Assembly: GCF_006345805.1 (NCBI RefSeq)
Contig: NC_043005.1
Span: 47,926,001-47,990,000 of the forward strand
Source: Octopus sinensis
Lineage: Eukaryota
DNA: 64,000 bases
Direction of reading: 5' to 3'
The notes beneath the pieces were generated by a model. It had not been told where the DNA came from. It searched no databases and saw only the letters and a list, made by a program, of their open reading frames with translations. Shown piece by piece: positions 38,900 to 50,802 of the stretch. The first letter of the stretch is position 1. The number at the start of each line of letters is the position of its first letter. The translations under genes and the position numbers were made by a program.

Positions 38900-41497
38900 T
38901 TTTAAAGTCTTTGCAGACTTATTTGTGTGCCCCGCCACCACTGGGAGTGGGAAATGAACTGTTTTGAACTGTTTTTGAACTGTTGACCTCTTCTTGAGTT
39001 TAATTTAAATTATTTTATTCTTGTGTTTTCTCTGTTCCTTGGTTGTTAATTTTGGCCGAGTATGTCAGTCGAAGTTATCAGAGAAAAATGTACTCTTGAA
39101 GAGAGTAATGTTGATGTTGGCAGTAGTGCCAACACCGTGAAGATATTTTTGGCAGTTGCCGCAGTGGCAACAGAAAATATTGATATCCCTGTAGGAATGC
39201 TACAGGAATATTTCAAAAGAATGAAAGAGGAGGACAGTCATGTGAAAATATCACCCTCCTCCAACACTGTGGATACAGAGAGAAAAAAAATTTTGTTTCA
39301 AACCTACTGTACAGAAAACAAGCACTTCAAGCACTTTGAAAAGGAGAAAATTGAAAAATGTCTTTCCCCAATATGGAAAGACATAACTTACATTGCAAAG
39401 GGCAAGGCATATGGCACTGTGGAAGTGCGTTTTTCCACAGAGGAGATGACCCACAGGTACTCTGTGAGCCCCCTGAAAACTAAAGAAGTGAAGCTTCTGC
39501 CAACCTACATGGGGAGAGATACTTCCCGTGTAAAGGAGTCAGAAGTGCCACCAGAAGTGGATCCGAGGGACGTTATGGCCGCCCTGTTGTTCAACAGGAT
39601 GGACAAAATCAAGTTTCTCCAAATCACATGCTCTGCCCCCCAGAATTGGCTCGGACAGAGCATCTCGGCAAACATTCGGGGGGCCCATGGAGATATCAAC
39701 ATACTTCCAGACTGGATATTTGTGGGTGACAATACTATATTAAAAATCCAAGTGGAGGGTAAAAAACCCACATGTTACGAATGTGGCAAAAAGGGCCTCA
39801 TTCGAGCAGATTTTGAGGAACGTAAAAATGGCGCAGACACCAGGCCCTATTAGAAAAAATGCAACTCCCCCAGACGATACCATGGAGGTATCAGAGGGGG
39901 GAGTTTTCTGTAGTACGGAAACGTACATTAGCACCATCCCATCCACATCCCCTCCAAATAATACAAGCGAAGCGCCACAGGCAATAAAAAAGACCCGCCC
40001 CACCGTCCCTGTGAAAAAAGACAAAGAAAACATTATTTTGGTAGAATCGCACGCATCAAAAGTGTTGGCTCAACCGGTAGGAAGAGAAACTCACGTCTCG
40101 TGGATCTGCTTAAGTGGTTCCAGCTGACAGATCGATACAGGCTTGACCATCCGAACGTCCCAGAGTGGACCTGGATTAGTGGCGACGGAAGGTTGGTTCA
40201 ATCTTACTTAGATAGGATAGTAATTAGAACTAGAGATAAGGCTAGTTTTAGTTGTCCACAGCTTGTTGAAGTATCTTACACTGACCATAGAATGGTTAAG
40301 TGTAGGCAGAACATAGTACAGTTAAGCGAGGATCTGACTACTGGAAGCTGAACAAGTCTATTTTGACTTGCGAGGCATACCGTAGCCGGATTAAGGAACT
40401 AGTACAGAGAGCGTTAACCGGCGCTGGGGTTAATAACCGGTGGTGGTTCGCCCTCAAGAGAGCCATTCGTTTTGAGTCTATTAGGTTTAGCCATAAGCTA
40501 AGACTAGACAAGGCCAGAATAGAAGGGCAATTAGTTAAGGACTTAGAGGAGGCGTTGAGGTTGGGCGCTGCATCTCACACTTTGACAGCGAGCACGGCCT
40601 TAGACCATCACCTCAAAGCCAAACACAAGGAGTGCAGAGTTCGAGTTAAAGTGCAAGCATTGGGCCGTGAGGGAATTAATGTTGCCGGATGGGCCTGTAT
40701 GGTAGAAACCCAGCGTGGCAATGATGTCACAATTAGGTTTCTTGTTGATGACAATGGGTATTCGGACGATGGACAGGACGAAATGTGTGAGGCGCTTTAC
40801 AAGTACTTTGCCAAGTTGTTCGAGAGGAGCGGAACGCTGGATCACGATGAGTCCCTTAGTGACTTCCTGACTGGCGGCCCACGTCTCTCGGTACGAGAGG
40901 CTGAGTGCTGTGAAGAGCCAATCACAGTCGAGGTGATCGAGGTGCTGGGCGACAGAATGGGAGAATTCCCAAGTCTGGAAGCCGGGTGGAGTGACGTTGA
41001 TCAGAAAGGACCCGAGCAAGGGGGACGAGATAAGTCATTTTAGGCCCATAACTCTGCTAAACACAGAGTTAAAGACTTTGGCCAAGGTGCTAGCGAAAAG
41101 GTTGGCACGGGTCGTGAACAGACTTGTTGGCGGGACGCAAACTTGCGCCATCCCGGACAGGTCGATCCACGATAATCTCCACCTTATACGCTACTCCTTA
41201 GAGAGGGTAGGGAAGCTTTCTGGCGCAGGAGGGACGCTGGTACATTTAGACCAGTCTAAAGCATTTGATAGGGTCGACCATCGGTACTTGGCGGTGATCC
41301 TCGAGAAGGCTGGTCTGAGCCCGACCTTCCGCGGTTAGATTGCTGCTTTGTACAGCGACATTGAGTCTGTCGTCAAAGTGAATGGTTTCCTTTCAAAGCC
41401 ATTCAGGATTGAGCGCTCAGTGCGTCAGGGGTGTCCCCTGTCTCCGCTTTTGTATGTGTTGGCCCTTGAGCCATTGCTGCGGAAATTGGAGGTAATA
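38900..41497 (+). mobile_element. L1/Tx1-clade LINE remnant: 5'UTR, ORF1 (39062-~40090, frameshifted), partial APE and RT, 3'-truncated
   Basis: ORF1 has a decayed knuckle CYECGKKGLIRADF. APE C-terminus SYLDRI...TDHRMV. RT motifs FRPITLLNTELKTLAKVLAKRL, LDQSKAFDRVDH and RQGCPLSPLLYVLALEPLL. The 5' boundary is approximate. Confidence 0.92.
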
Positions 41498-41547
41498 GGG
41501 GCGCGCCGAATAATTTTCTTGTTTAAGCAACTACGTATTTTAAATGT

Positions 41548-41830
41548 GAAGGCACGTGGCCTTGAGGCTGGGTGTGTTGCGCTCACGATCATGAGAGCGT
41601 GTTTTTGATTCTCAGGCTGGCTGCACGTCATGTTATTGAACAAAATATTACGTTTCACTTTGCTCCAGTCCACTCAGTTGTAAATGGATAACCCTATGAA
41701 GGAATAGCTTTCAGATCAGGAAGAATGTTGGCCTGCTCACCTAGCCAGCAGAGTGGCATCGTTCAAAAGCTAAAACGATGCAAAGAACATTGTGACCAGC
41801 GATGTATATCAACATTCGATTGTCCGGTCA
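41548..41830 (+). mobile_element. Degenerate tRNA-headed SINE (body X, tail T2)
   Basis: gtgaaggcacgtggcc head, ttgctccagtccactcag body, ggcctgctcacctagccagc...tgtgaccagcgatgt tail. Confidence 0.7.
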
Positions 41831-41891
41831 ATCATATCATCTCTTGATATTTAAAATACCGATGTGTTTTTAATATGATTACTCTTACCTC

Positions 41892-42258
41892 TGGAGGCGC
41901 AATGACCCAGTGGACTCGCGGTCGTAGGGTCACGGTTTCGATTCCCAGACTGGGCGTTGTGAGTGTTTATTAAGCGAAAACACCTAAAGTTCCATGCGAC
42001 TCCGGCAGGTGTTGTGGCGAACCCTGCTGTATTCTTTCACACAACTTTCTCTCACTCCTTCTTCCTGTTTTTGCTGTACCTGTATTTCAAAGGGCCAGCT
42101 TTGTTACACTCTGTGTCATGCGGAATCTCCCCGAGAACTATGTTAAGGGTACACGTATCTGTGGAGTGCTCAGCCACTTGCACGTTAATTTCACGAGCAG
42201 GATGTTCCGTTGATCGGATCAACTGGAACCCTCATCGTCGTAACCGACGGAGTGCCAC
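41892..42258 (+). mobile_element. tRNA-headed SINE (body Y, tail T3)
   Basis: tggaggcgcaatg head, B box GGTTTCGATTCCC, aacacctaaag body, gtacctgtatttcaaagggcc...aaccgacggagtgccac tail. Confidence 0.85.
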
Positions 42259-44343
42259 TATTATTACTTCTGCTATGATGATACTTCATTTATATATATG
42301 GATGCTTTTACTATACTGGTCTCAAATTTTGGCACAAGATCAGCAAGTTCGGGTAAGGAGTAAGTCAGTTACATCGACTCCAGTACTCATCTGGTACTAA
42401 TTTCATCAACCCCCGAATGGACGAAAAGTAACGACCTCGGAAAAGTGAACTCAGAACGTAAAGGCAAATGAAATGCCTCTAAGCAAATATGCGATGTGTG
42501 ACCCTGTACCTGGTCGCTCATTTGCCAAAAATAGGAGTGAAATCTCCCTTCAAATCCCATAATATTAGCAGATACTATATCCTAAAACAGACAGTGATTA
42601 TGACCAGAATTCTTTCTATTATAGGTAGAAGGCATGATATTTTGGGAAACGGTGGATTAGTCAACACCAGCGCACAAATACTTATTTTATTGACCACGAA
42701 AGAATGAAAGCAAGCTGTTCGGTCAGAACTGACTTAGGGCTAAACAGCAGCAAAGTGGCTGTAAAATTCGAAATCTGGGGTAACTAGTGAGATCTTGTAT
42801 CGGCACGTTTAGTATATTGTTAAATACACTGTAGGGCTTTCATCAGGTCATATCTTCTTCCTATTTCTTTGTCCCCTGCTACCATAGTCTTTTCAGACAT
42901 CTACGCTTCAAACTTTCGCCCTTTCTTTTCTTAAGGTTTCTCATTTCAAGATTTGTTTCACTGTTCTTCAGTTATTCCTTCACAAATTGTTTTTATCTTG
43001 TTTCACTTTGGCAATACATCACTTTTTAGCCAAGTGACAGAAGACTATCGGCTTTATTTCATTCTAAGCTATTATTCTATTCCCCTCTAGTTACTTTGAT
43101 AAATAGACTCACCTTTCTCAGATTATAAACACCTATTTCATATACTTTTTTTTTTATATCAGCCATGTTATTAGTTGAACCAATGTGAAACAGAAAATGA
43201 AATCTGTTTGAATATTCTTCAATAATATCATTTCATAGTTATTCATTCATTCTTTATATTCCTTTAATACTTTAGATAGCTCTCTCTTTTGGCATATTAA
43301 CATCTGATAAATGTTTACAAAGAAGACACAGTTTGAACATCAGTATAATCATTTACACAAGTATATTACTGACAGACAATACCCAATCTATTTAAACATA
43401 CTTAGTTTTTCTCCTAAACTCCCAAATAAGTAGTAAATTGAAATCGTGTAATATCAGAGAAAATCTAATGATTTCGTTTTTGTATTTTTTTTTTTCTTTT
43501 TCCATCTCTTCTTGTCTTTCTCTATATCTCTGTCTTTTCTTCATCGTTCTTGGCGTGCTTGTATATACTAGCCGATGGCGTGCTTGGTGAGATCGTCAAA
43601 GCTTTTTCATAGAAATGATGAAATGAAAGTTTTTATAAGGAGATTTTCTTGGTTCCAAATATCAGATGGTAAGAAATAGCAATAACAGTATTAATCTGAA
43701 GTGATTTATGCATTTCGTTCTCATATCGAGTCTTCAGGCCAAATCTCTCCGTAGTCATCTTTTTTTTTTCTTCCCCGCATATCCACTTAATAACGTCTAC
43801 TTTTTTTTTCCCCCTACCTTCATCATGTTGTTCTCTATTTCGTTTAGAAACTGTTTCCGTGTTTTGTGGGATGTAGTATATACAAATATAACAAATTACC
43901 AAGCTGTCTTAAGTATCTACTTTAAAGGTAACATTTTTATTCAGGCACAGAATGTTTTCATTTATAAATAGACAGCTGTCGGAATCCTGGTTGAGAAGAG
44001 TTTCACAATTCCGATATGAATTACATTCCCTGCACAAAAATATATCATTGCAACATTAAAAATATCGATTTTTTTGGCATAAATATGATGTTTCGAGAAA
44101 AGAAAAACCCAGATCGTATGACGTTCATGCCTTTTCCCAAAAGAACATTTGCGATGTTGTTGAGATGACTGGCATAATTGAATAAATTAGTTTAAATACA
44201 TACCAACAACGTAAAGGTAAGTCAACAGTCGCGGAGGATGGGTGAATGAAGAATTGTTTTTATTTTTCAATTAAAGAAGTTTGTATTGCTGTTGTTGGTG
44301 GTGGTATTTAACCCCAGGTCAGTGCTAAACCAGCAGACCTATG

Positions 44344-44645
44344 GTACCTGCAGAGCGCCGCGTCTCGGGCGGCGTTCGGTGCGCTCTCGGCGGCCCTGGA
44401 AAATCCGGGTCCGTAACGAATCGCAGCTCTCGAGTCGGTCCGTACCCACCATCCGCAGCAGGTCTCCAAGGTGTACAGCCTCTCGTCGATAGCGCCAATG
44501 TAGGTAAGGGAAGTCGGCAAAATGGATCCGTACCTTCGGAAGAAGGATTGGCTCCGAGGACCGGGTCGGTCGGGCCGTGTGTGTCGCCTCGCTCCCGCGC
44601 GGTCGCGTCGCCGTTCGCTCGGCGTCGCGCCGCCGGAACACGATG
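44344..44645 (+). rRNA. Isolated ~300 bp 28S rRNA fragment (non-functional copy, roughly D7b to start of D8)
   Basis: Conserved LSU blocks GAAAATCCGGG, CCGTACCCA..ATCCGCAGCAGGTCTCCAAGGTG.ACAGCCTCT, AATGTAGGTAAGGGAAGTCGGCAA and GGATCCGTA.CTTCGG..AAGGATTGGCTC, in an abrupt GC-rich island. Confidence 0.96.
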
Positions 44646-45827
44646 CTCCAGCGAAGATTTAGCACCTCAGATATTTATAACATGCTAAGTTGTTATTTGA
44701 GAGAAATTTGGTTGCCCTTTCTAACACATTGTACAAATAAGAAGTTCCCTCGCTGATTCGAAAATTGTGTATTATTGTTTTTGTAACCATTGTTTAACCC
44801 TAGGTAGCTTTCGCTGAACAGTCCTCTAATCAAATACGTTCAATACGGCTTATCATTTCTTTTTTTTTCTGTATGGTGTATTTCGAATTTACATTATCAT
44901 GGATGCACATGCATCATTCACTTTATTTTATTATTTTATTTATTTATTTATTTATTGTATGATAGGGTATGATTTGAAAATAAAATTGGCTGCTTATATT
45001 CAGTAGGTTCTCTCTGCTCACTTGGTAATGTTACATATGCAAGCTAAGATAGAACGATTCAGTGATAGATTACTGAACAAACGTAGAACAACTTTTAGTA
45101 ATTTACAAAGAAAGAAATTAAATCCTTTCACTGGTACACAGAAATAGAATATAAAGTGAAAATATGTATTTCCCTTTCTACGGTGTTGTATTTGTTGCTA
45201 AATATATGCTAGACAGAAATAATTCGTAAGAAAGCGTATAAAGAACCCTCGGCAGTCGACAACATACACACACACGTTATAACTAGGCTTTGAGGGATAA
45301 ACACAAATTTTGCGCAAGTAAATACCACCTGCTTTCGAGATTCTACGATCTATACATCAGTAAAAGCTAGAAATATTCTTGAATCCCAAGAATATCATGA
45401 TTTACAGAGCTCGTTTTCTGTAAATATATAAATTTGGAACAGTACATAAAGTATAAATAATAACGTTTATACACAATAGCCGAGTTCTTTTGGTTAAAAT
45501 TTTTCTTCAGTCCTTCCACAGTTTTACTTTCCATCTCCATCAAGGACAAAGATTAGAGTGTAGCTAACAGGGGAGCAAGGAGAGCGACAATTCCAACAAA
45601 GCAATTTTTTTTAAAATTGGTGCCTTTTCAACAATTCTTTTAACTCTTTAATTCACTTGTGCCCCACCCTCTCTCTCTCATATATATATATATATATGTA
45701 TGTATATATATATGTATATATATTTCGTTTTTGGATTTGGTTTGCAAGATTCTTTAGATGAGTTCGTATGTTGAAGCATATTCTGTTGTGTCTGGGGAGA
45801 GTAATTTTCTTTTCGTGCCTTATAAAG

Positions 45828-45890
45828 GTTGCAAGACGCAACGAAAATTTTAGGAAAATAAAAATAAGAAAAAAAGTAGAAATTTTACCG
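45828..45890 (+). CDS. Candidate 63-nt coding exon (VARRNENFRKIKIRKKVEILP), gene unknown
   Basis: Acceptor ttttcttttcgtgccttataaag, donor CCG|gtgagt, phase 0-0 open frame. No homology recognised. Confidence 0.35.
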
Positions 45891-45963
45891 GTGAGTGTGT
45901 TACATTATAAGGCACAAAAAGAAAATTACTCTCCCCAGACACAACAGTATATATATATATATA

Positions 45964-47111
45964 CTAGCATTAAAGACCCGTCGTTGCCGGGTCATAGTGC
46001 TAGTGCATGTATATATGTGTATATATGTGTACATATTACATGCACATCTATGTTTATACATCTACACATAAAATACAAAATACAAAGTTATATCTTGATA
46101 AGGCTAGTGATAACAATACTCAAAATATATAACAGACTGGAATTGTTAGCCCGTCTCTTGTAATTTCGATCAATTGTATCTTGTCCTCCCTCTTGTATGG
46201 AAGTGTGGCTACAATCCAGCCTACTTCTACTTCGGGGGGGGGGGCATTAAAAATTTTTTTTCCGGAACGTCCTACGTCCCAGATATAAAGGTAAAAATAA
46301 AATATTTCCACTTTGCAAGTTCGAGTCGAGTACTCCCTTGCACGCTCCCTTGACTCGAACCTTGCTTCTATTGTGGCGAATTTACCGCCTCTGATTAGAT
46401 ACCTTTCATAGTCGCACCAAGACACTTTTCGAACGTGCTTTCCTCGATGTGTTCAAATCTTATTGTATACTTTATAGACAATAGTCTTTTCTTTAATTTA
46501 ATTTTTTATTACCCATCTGGACTATTCCATTTCTGCACGTTAATTTTTTAAATTTATTCCCATTCATGTGAAACCACTTATTCAAGTTCAAATCATTGAT
46601 GAAATTTTATACCAATTGCTATTTTTACTTTTGTCATGTTACTTTAGTTTGATTTTAATTATTACTTACTACATATAATTCAATTGTTATTATTATTTTT
46701 ATTGTTAAAGTGAAAGTATCTGACATAAAATAGAGAAACGTTTTTGTTTCACTTTTAACAAGTAATACTGAAATAGTGGAGAAGATGTGATATTGCTATG
46801 GGCTCGCTCTAGGCAAGCGGTTGAACATTTTTTTTGCCCATGAAACTACATGGACCCTAAGTTAGGCATGTGTAAAATTTGAATGGAATTGGTTGTGTAG
46901 TTCTCAAGTTTTAGGGAATCGTAGTGGAGAAGATATGATATTGCTGTGGGCTCGCCCTAGGCAAAAAGTTCAAATTTTTTTTTGCCGATGACACTCCCCG
47001 GACCCTAAGTAAGGCATGTGTAAAATTTGAATGAAATTGGTTGTGTAGTTCTCAAGTTTTAGGGAAACAGACAGAAAGACAGACAGACACACAGTTTTAT
47101 ATATATAAAGA
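45964..47111 (-). mobile_element. Non-autonomous canonical Helitron
   Basis: On the minus strand: A|TC 5' end (47111-47110) followed by (TA)n/(TGTC)n and two ~145 bp tandem repeats; 3' hairpin gacccg/cgggtc (45975-45993) 7 nt before CTAG|T; no TSD. Confidence 0.85.
46140..46470 (-). pseudogene. LINE ORF1 fragment inside the Helitron
   Basis: FEHIEESTFEKCL...YLIRGGKFATIEARF...EYS...PPEVEVGWIVATL..KREDKIQLIEIT aligns by eye with ORF1 at 39062 (FKHFEKEKIEKCL...YIAKGKAYGTVEVRF...RYS...PPEVDPRDVMAAL..NRMDKIKFLQIT). Confidence 0.8.
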
Positions 47112-47789
47112 TTGTTAATTGCATGGCTTTAGAAGAATTTCCAAAGTTATTACTTTATTCGACCATCCTCGCCTGTTTTTGAACTGTCTGCTCAATCTCC
47201 TGTGATGTGTTGGTGGCCACTGACATCTGAAGAACTCTGGACGATCTCGAGGAATTTCATCTTTTTCACGTCACATTTATTATCAGTTGTTAGTTTCATA
47301 TATAATGACATTGTTACTGAAACATGGAATTAATGAATGCAGAGTACAGTTGCGTGTGTTATAACTAAAGAAATATTTCGCGTAATAAAAGAGAAATGAG
47401 TTAAAACTTGTTTGGTATGTGTCACGGCGTCTTTTTTTTTTTTGTTTTGTTTGTGTGCTTGGTCCTCTTAACTTTAGAACTTGACTATGCCTCTGACTAC
47501 GATGCAGTATAGAAAGAAATGTAAAGTGATCCCAGGATTGCCCGGTATTGTATTTTAGTTTATATAAAAGGATGAAAGGAAACTTCTGGATATGAAGGTC
47601 CTTCATTAAGTACCGTATGCATTCTATACGGCAGTGCTACTCAAGGTGGTGGTCCTTGGACTGGTGCCGGCCGACGAGTCATCAGAAAAGAAACATTATG
47701 AAATGCTTATAAAATGGTTATGTAATATTGTATTATTTGTTTACAAAATAAATATAAGATTTTTAAAATTGTCAATTTTTATTATGTTC

Positions 47790-47851
<62 letters not shown>

Positions 47852-47881
47852 ATCAAAAGGGGGTACGGGCGCCGCCATATA

Positions 47882-48196
47882 ATAGGTAAATGTGAAAAAA
47901 ACACAAACTGGGACAAGAACGCAAAACATTTAGAAGATGATACAAAAAAACGGACGGGACATTCGAAGCCTTCGATCTTCAGTCAAGAACCGGATCATCT
48001 TCGCAATTTCGGCTGACTAATCTTGAGATTGCTCCGACCTGGCCAGCCCCAGTCAAGATTAATCAGCCGAAATTGCGAAGATGATCCGGTTCTTGATTGA
48101 AGATCGAAGGCTTCGAATGTCTCGTCCGTTTTTTTGTATCGTCTTGTAAATGTTTTGCGTTCTTGTCCCAGTTTGTGTTTTTTTACATTTACCTAT
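47882..48196. repeat. Fold-back: ~145-bp inverted arms (47882-48026 / 48053-48196) with 26-nt spacer, flanked by (TA)n
   Basis: The arms are reverse complements with only scattered mismatches. Same family as 31875-32165. Confidence 0.95.
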
Positions 48197-49405
48197 ATAT
48201 ATATATATATATTATTTCTGGTATAAATTCCTATTACTAAGAAATATTACCGGTCCCTGGCACATTGGAAAAAAATACTGCTGATACGCCACATCAGATA
48301 GTTTGAGAAGCACTGCTATACGGAAATCTAATGATTCTTAACTAGTACACTCTTTGATCAGTAAAGACCCATTTCGGTTATGAATGACCATGGGATTGCA
48401 CCTAGAAAGTTCCCCTCCGAGGCACAAGTCTGGGTAAGGTTGTTTATGGAAGACCAGCAATCGTCTATGCATACCAGCCTCCCCTCACTCACGCCATTGA
48501 TATTATCCAAGGGAAAGGCAAAGACTGATACAGCTTGGCACCTGTAACGTCGCAGCTCATTTCTACAGCGGAGTGAACTGGAGCAACGTGAAATAAAGTG
48601 TCTTGCTCAAGAGCACAACACACAGCCCGGTCTGGGAATCGAACGCACTAGCTCATGATTGCGAGCCCGACGCGCTAACCACTGAGTCATGCGCCCTCGG
48701 TCTATAAAATAAAGTACTATCGTTCAATCAGCAAGCTATGTGTTACCTATGTCAGAAACCCCATTTGTATAATTATTTTATTATAATGTCTGGCAGGTGG
48801 GCCTGCGAATTCAATACTCTATGGCCCAAATCTTGCCATTTGTATCTGGATCGGAACAATCAACAGAACTAGAAATACACTTCTAAATTACATAACTCTT
48901 ATTACTATAGGCACAAGGCTTGAAATTTGGGGAAAAGAGGTAGTCAATCACATCGATCCCGAGCGCACGCCTGGTACTTATTTTATTGACCCCGAAAGGA
49001 TAAAAGGTAAAGTTGAGGGAAGTCAGAATGTAAAGCCCGTAACAAACGTATGTTTATCATTCGGTTGTCTAACCTTAAATAGCCAGAATTTGGCTCGTAC
49101 ACATTTTTATTACAAGTGGTCATATGACCTGGTCATGTGATGGTCAAGTCCTTCTGGTTTGATGCAGACTATCCAATCCCATCACGTGACAGGCCAGCCT
49201 AGCGCGGGAAAATTACGTTGGCTCGCTGAAGCCGATCCGCATGCTTAAAAAGAGGAATATTCCCGCTTTCCTTCAATTAGGTGGGAAGACACGATTGAAT
49301 TAGGATCTCAGCAGGTGGGTTATTTTGCAGATATCTTTGACGTGCTGTTGTGTTCCTGTTGGTCAAGCACACATCACCAAGTTCCTACTGCATGAGAAAC
49401 AAGTA

Positions 49406-49781
49406 TACTCTTTTACTTGTTTCAGTCATGTGACTGTGGCCATGCTGGAGCACCGCCTTTAGTCGAGCAAATCGAGCTCAGGACTTATTCTATCAGTCTC
49501 TTTTTGCCAAACTGCTAAGTTACGGGGACGTAAAGACACCACCATCGGTTGTCAAGCGATGTCGGGGGGGGGGACAAACACAGACACACAAGCATATACA
49601 CACACACATATATATATATACATATATACGACGGGCTTCTTTCAGTTTCCGTCTATCAAATCCACTCACAAGGCTTTGGTCGGCCCGAGGCTATAGTAGA
49701 AGACACTTGCTCAAGGTGCCACGCAGTGGGACTGAACCCGGAACCATGTGGTTCGTAAGCAAGCTACTTACCACACAGCCA
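49406..49781 (-). mobile_element. SINE family A, near full-length
   Basis: Minus strand: TGGCTGTGTGGTAAGTAGC (A box), GGGTTCAGTCCC (B box), internal (TA)/(TG) tract, 3' end gactgaaacaagtaaaagag. Confidence 0.9.
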
Positions 49782-50481
49782 GTATATTTTCTTCCGACAA
49801 CATCATTCAAGATGTACCAGCATTTTCTGTACCGATTCATTCAGCAGTTATATAAAGTGTGACTGTCAATTGCAACTAGTTTTCTTGTATATTTTTCCAT
49901 TGTTTATACATGACTCATTGGAACCAAGAAATTGTAATTATACCAGGGCCAGAGCTACGCTAACTAACCTGCTGAAAGCCTGAAGAAATGCTGCCAAGAA
50001 CTTTGTCAAACGTTGTAATGATTCTACTTACTCGCTGCCTTGCTTGTAAATTGCATAATATATTTTATTGTATCATAAAGACCATCGGATGTTATTATAC
50101 ATCACTGGTCATAATGCACAGAATGTGTCTTACTGTTGATTTCTTTTAATTGGTAGAGCGTTTTCTTTAGGGGAAATCCAGCTACTGTCTCTACCAGGTC
50201 AATCAGTAACATTGAGACATGCTCATTGACTCAAACAGTAATAGTTGTCGCTGTTGCGATGGTGGTGGTAGTGGTGGTAGAGGTGGCGGTGGTGTTAGCA
50301 CTGGTCTAGTGGTATTAGCAGTAATATGAAACAAGTAGGAAGAACAAGATCCAAAGACGATCCAACCTGTGTCTGCTTAGAACATACTATCCTGCACCAC
50401 CGCCGCATCCGCCGCCGCCACCATCACCACCATCACCACCACCACTACCACCACCACCATCACTACCTCCACTTCCTACAG

Positions 50482-50556
50482 GGAAAATTCTTATGTGGCG
50501 TCCAACAAATGACAGTTTTGCCATTACTGCACTGAATGTACGGGTGTTTTTGGAAG
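50482..50556 (+). CDS. Candidate penultimate coding exon (GKILMWRPTNDSFAITALNVRVFLE), gene unknown
   Basis: Acceptor ccacttcctacag, donor GAAG|gtcagt, phase 1-1 open frame. The phase is consistent with the next candidate exon. Confidence 0.4.
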
Positions 50557-50701
50557 GTCAGTTAGCATTTTGCTGCCAATCAAACAATGTTTATTTCTTA
50601 GAAATACAAGAACATTATTTGATTGTTAGCATTTGGGTATTGTTAAAATGTTGTATTATCATCGTATATTGCTCTTATTTTTCTCTCCTCTTCTTTTACA
50701 G

Positions 50702-50802
50702 ATTCTGTTCGTAGGATTAGATCTTTAATAACGTTTGTTTCTGAGAGAAGAAAGAGCAAAATGACACGATGTTCGCGATTTATGAGTTGCATGCAGAGAT
50801 AA
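50702..50802 (+). CDS. Candidate terminal coding exon (DSVRRIRSLITFVSERRKSKMTRCSRFMSCMQR*)
   Basis: Strong acceptor tcttattttttctctcctcttcttttacag. The phase-1 frame is open to TAA at 50800-02, and AATAAA follows at 50810. Confidence 0.4.

Noticed and set aside
44286-44688. Overlapping GC-rich ORFs on both strands
   Set aside because: They are spurious frames across the 28S rRNA fragment.
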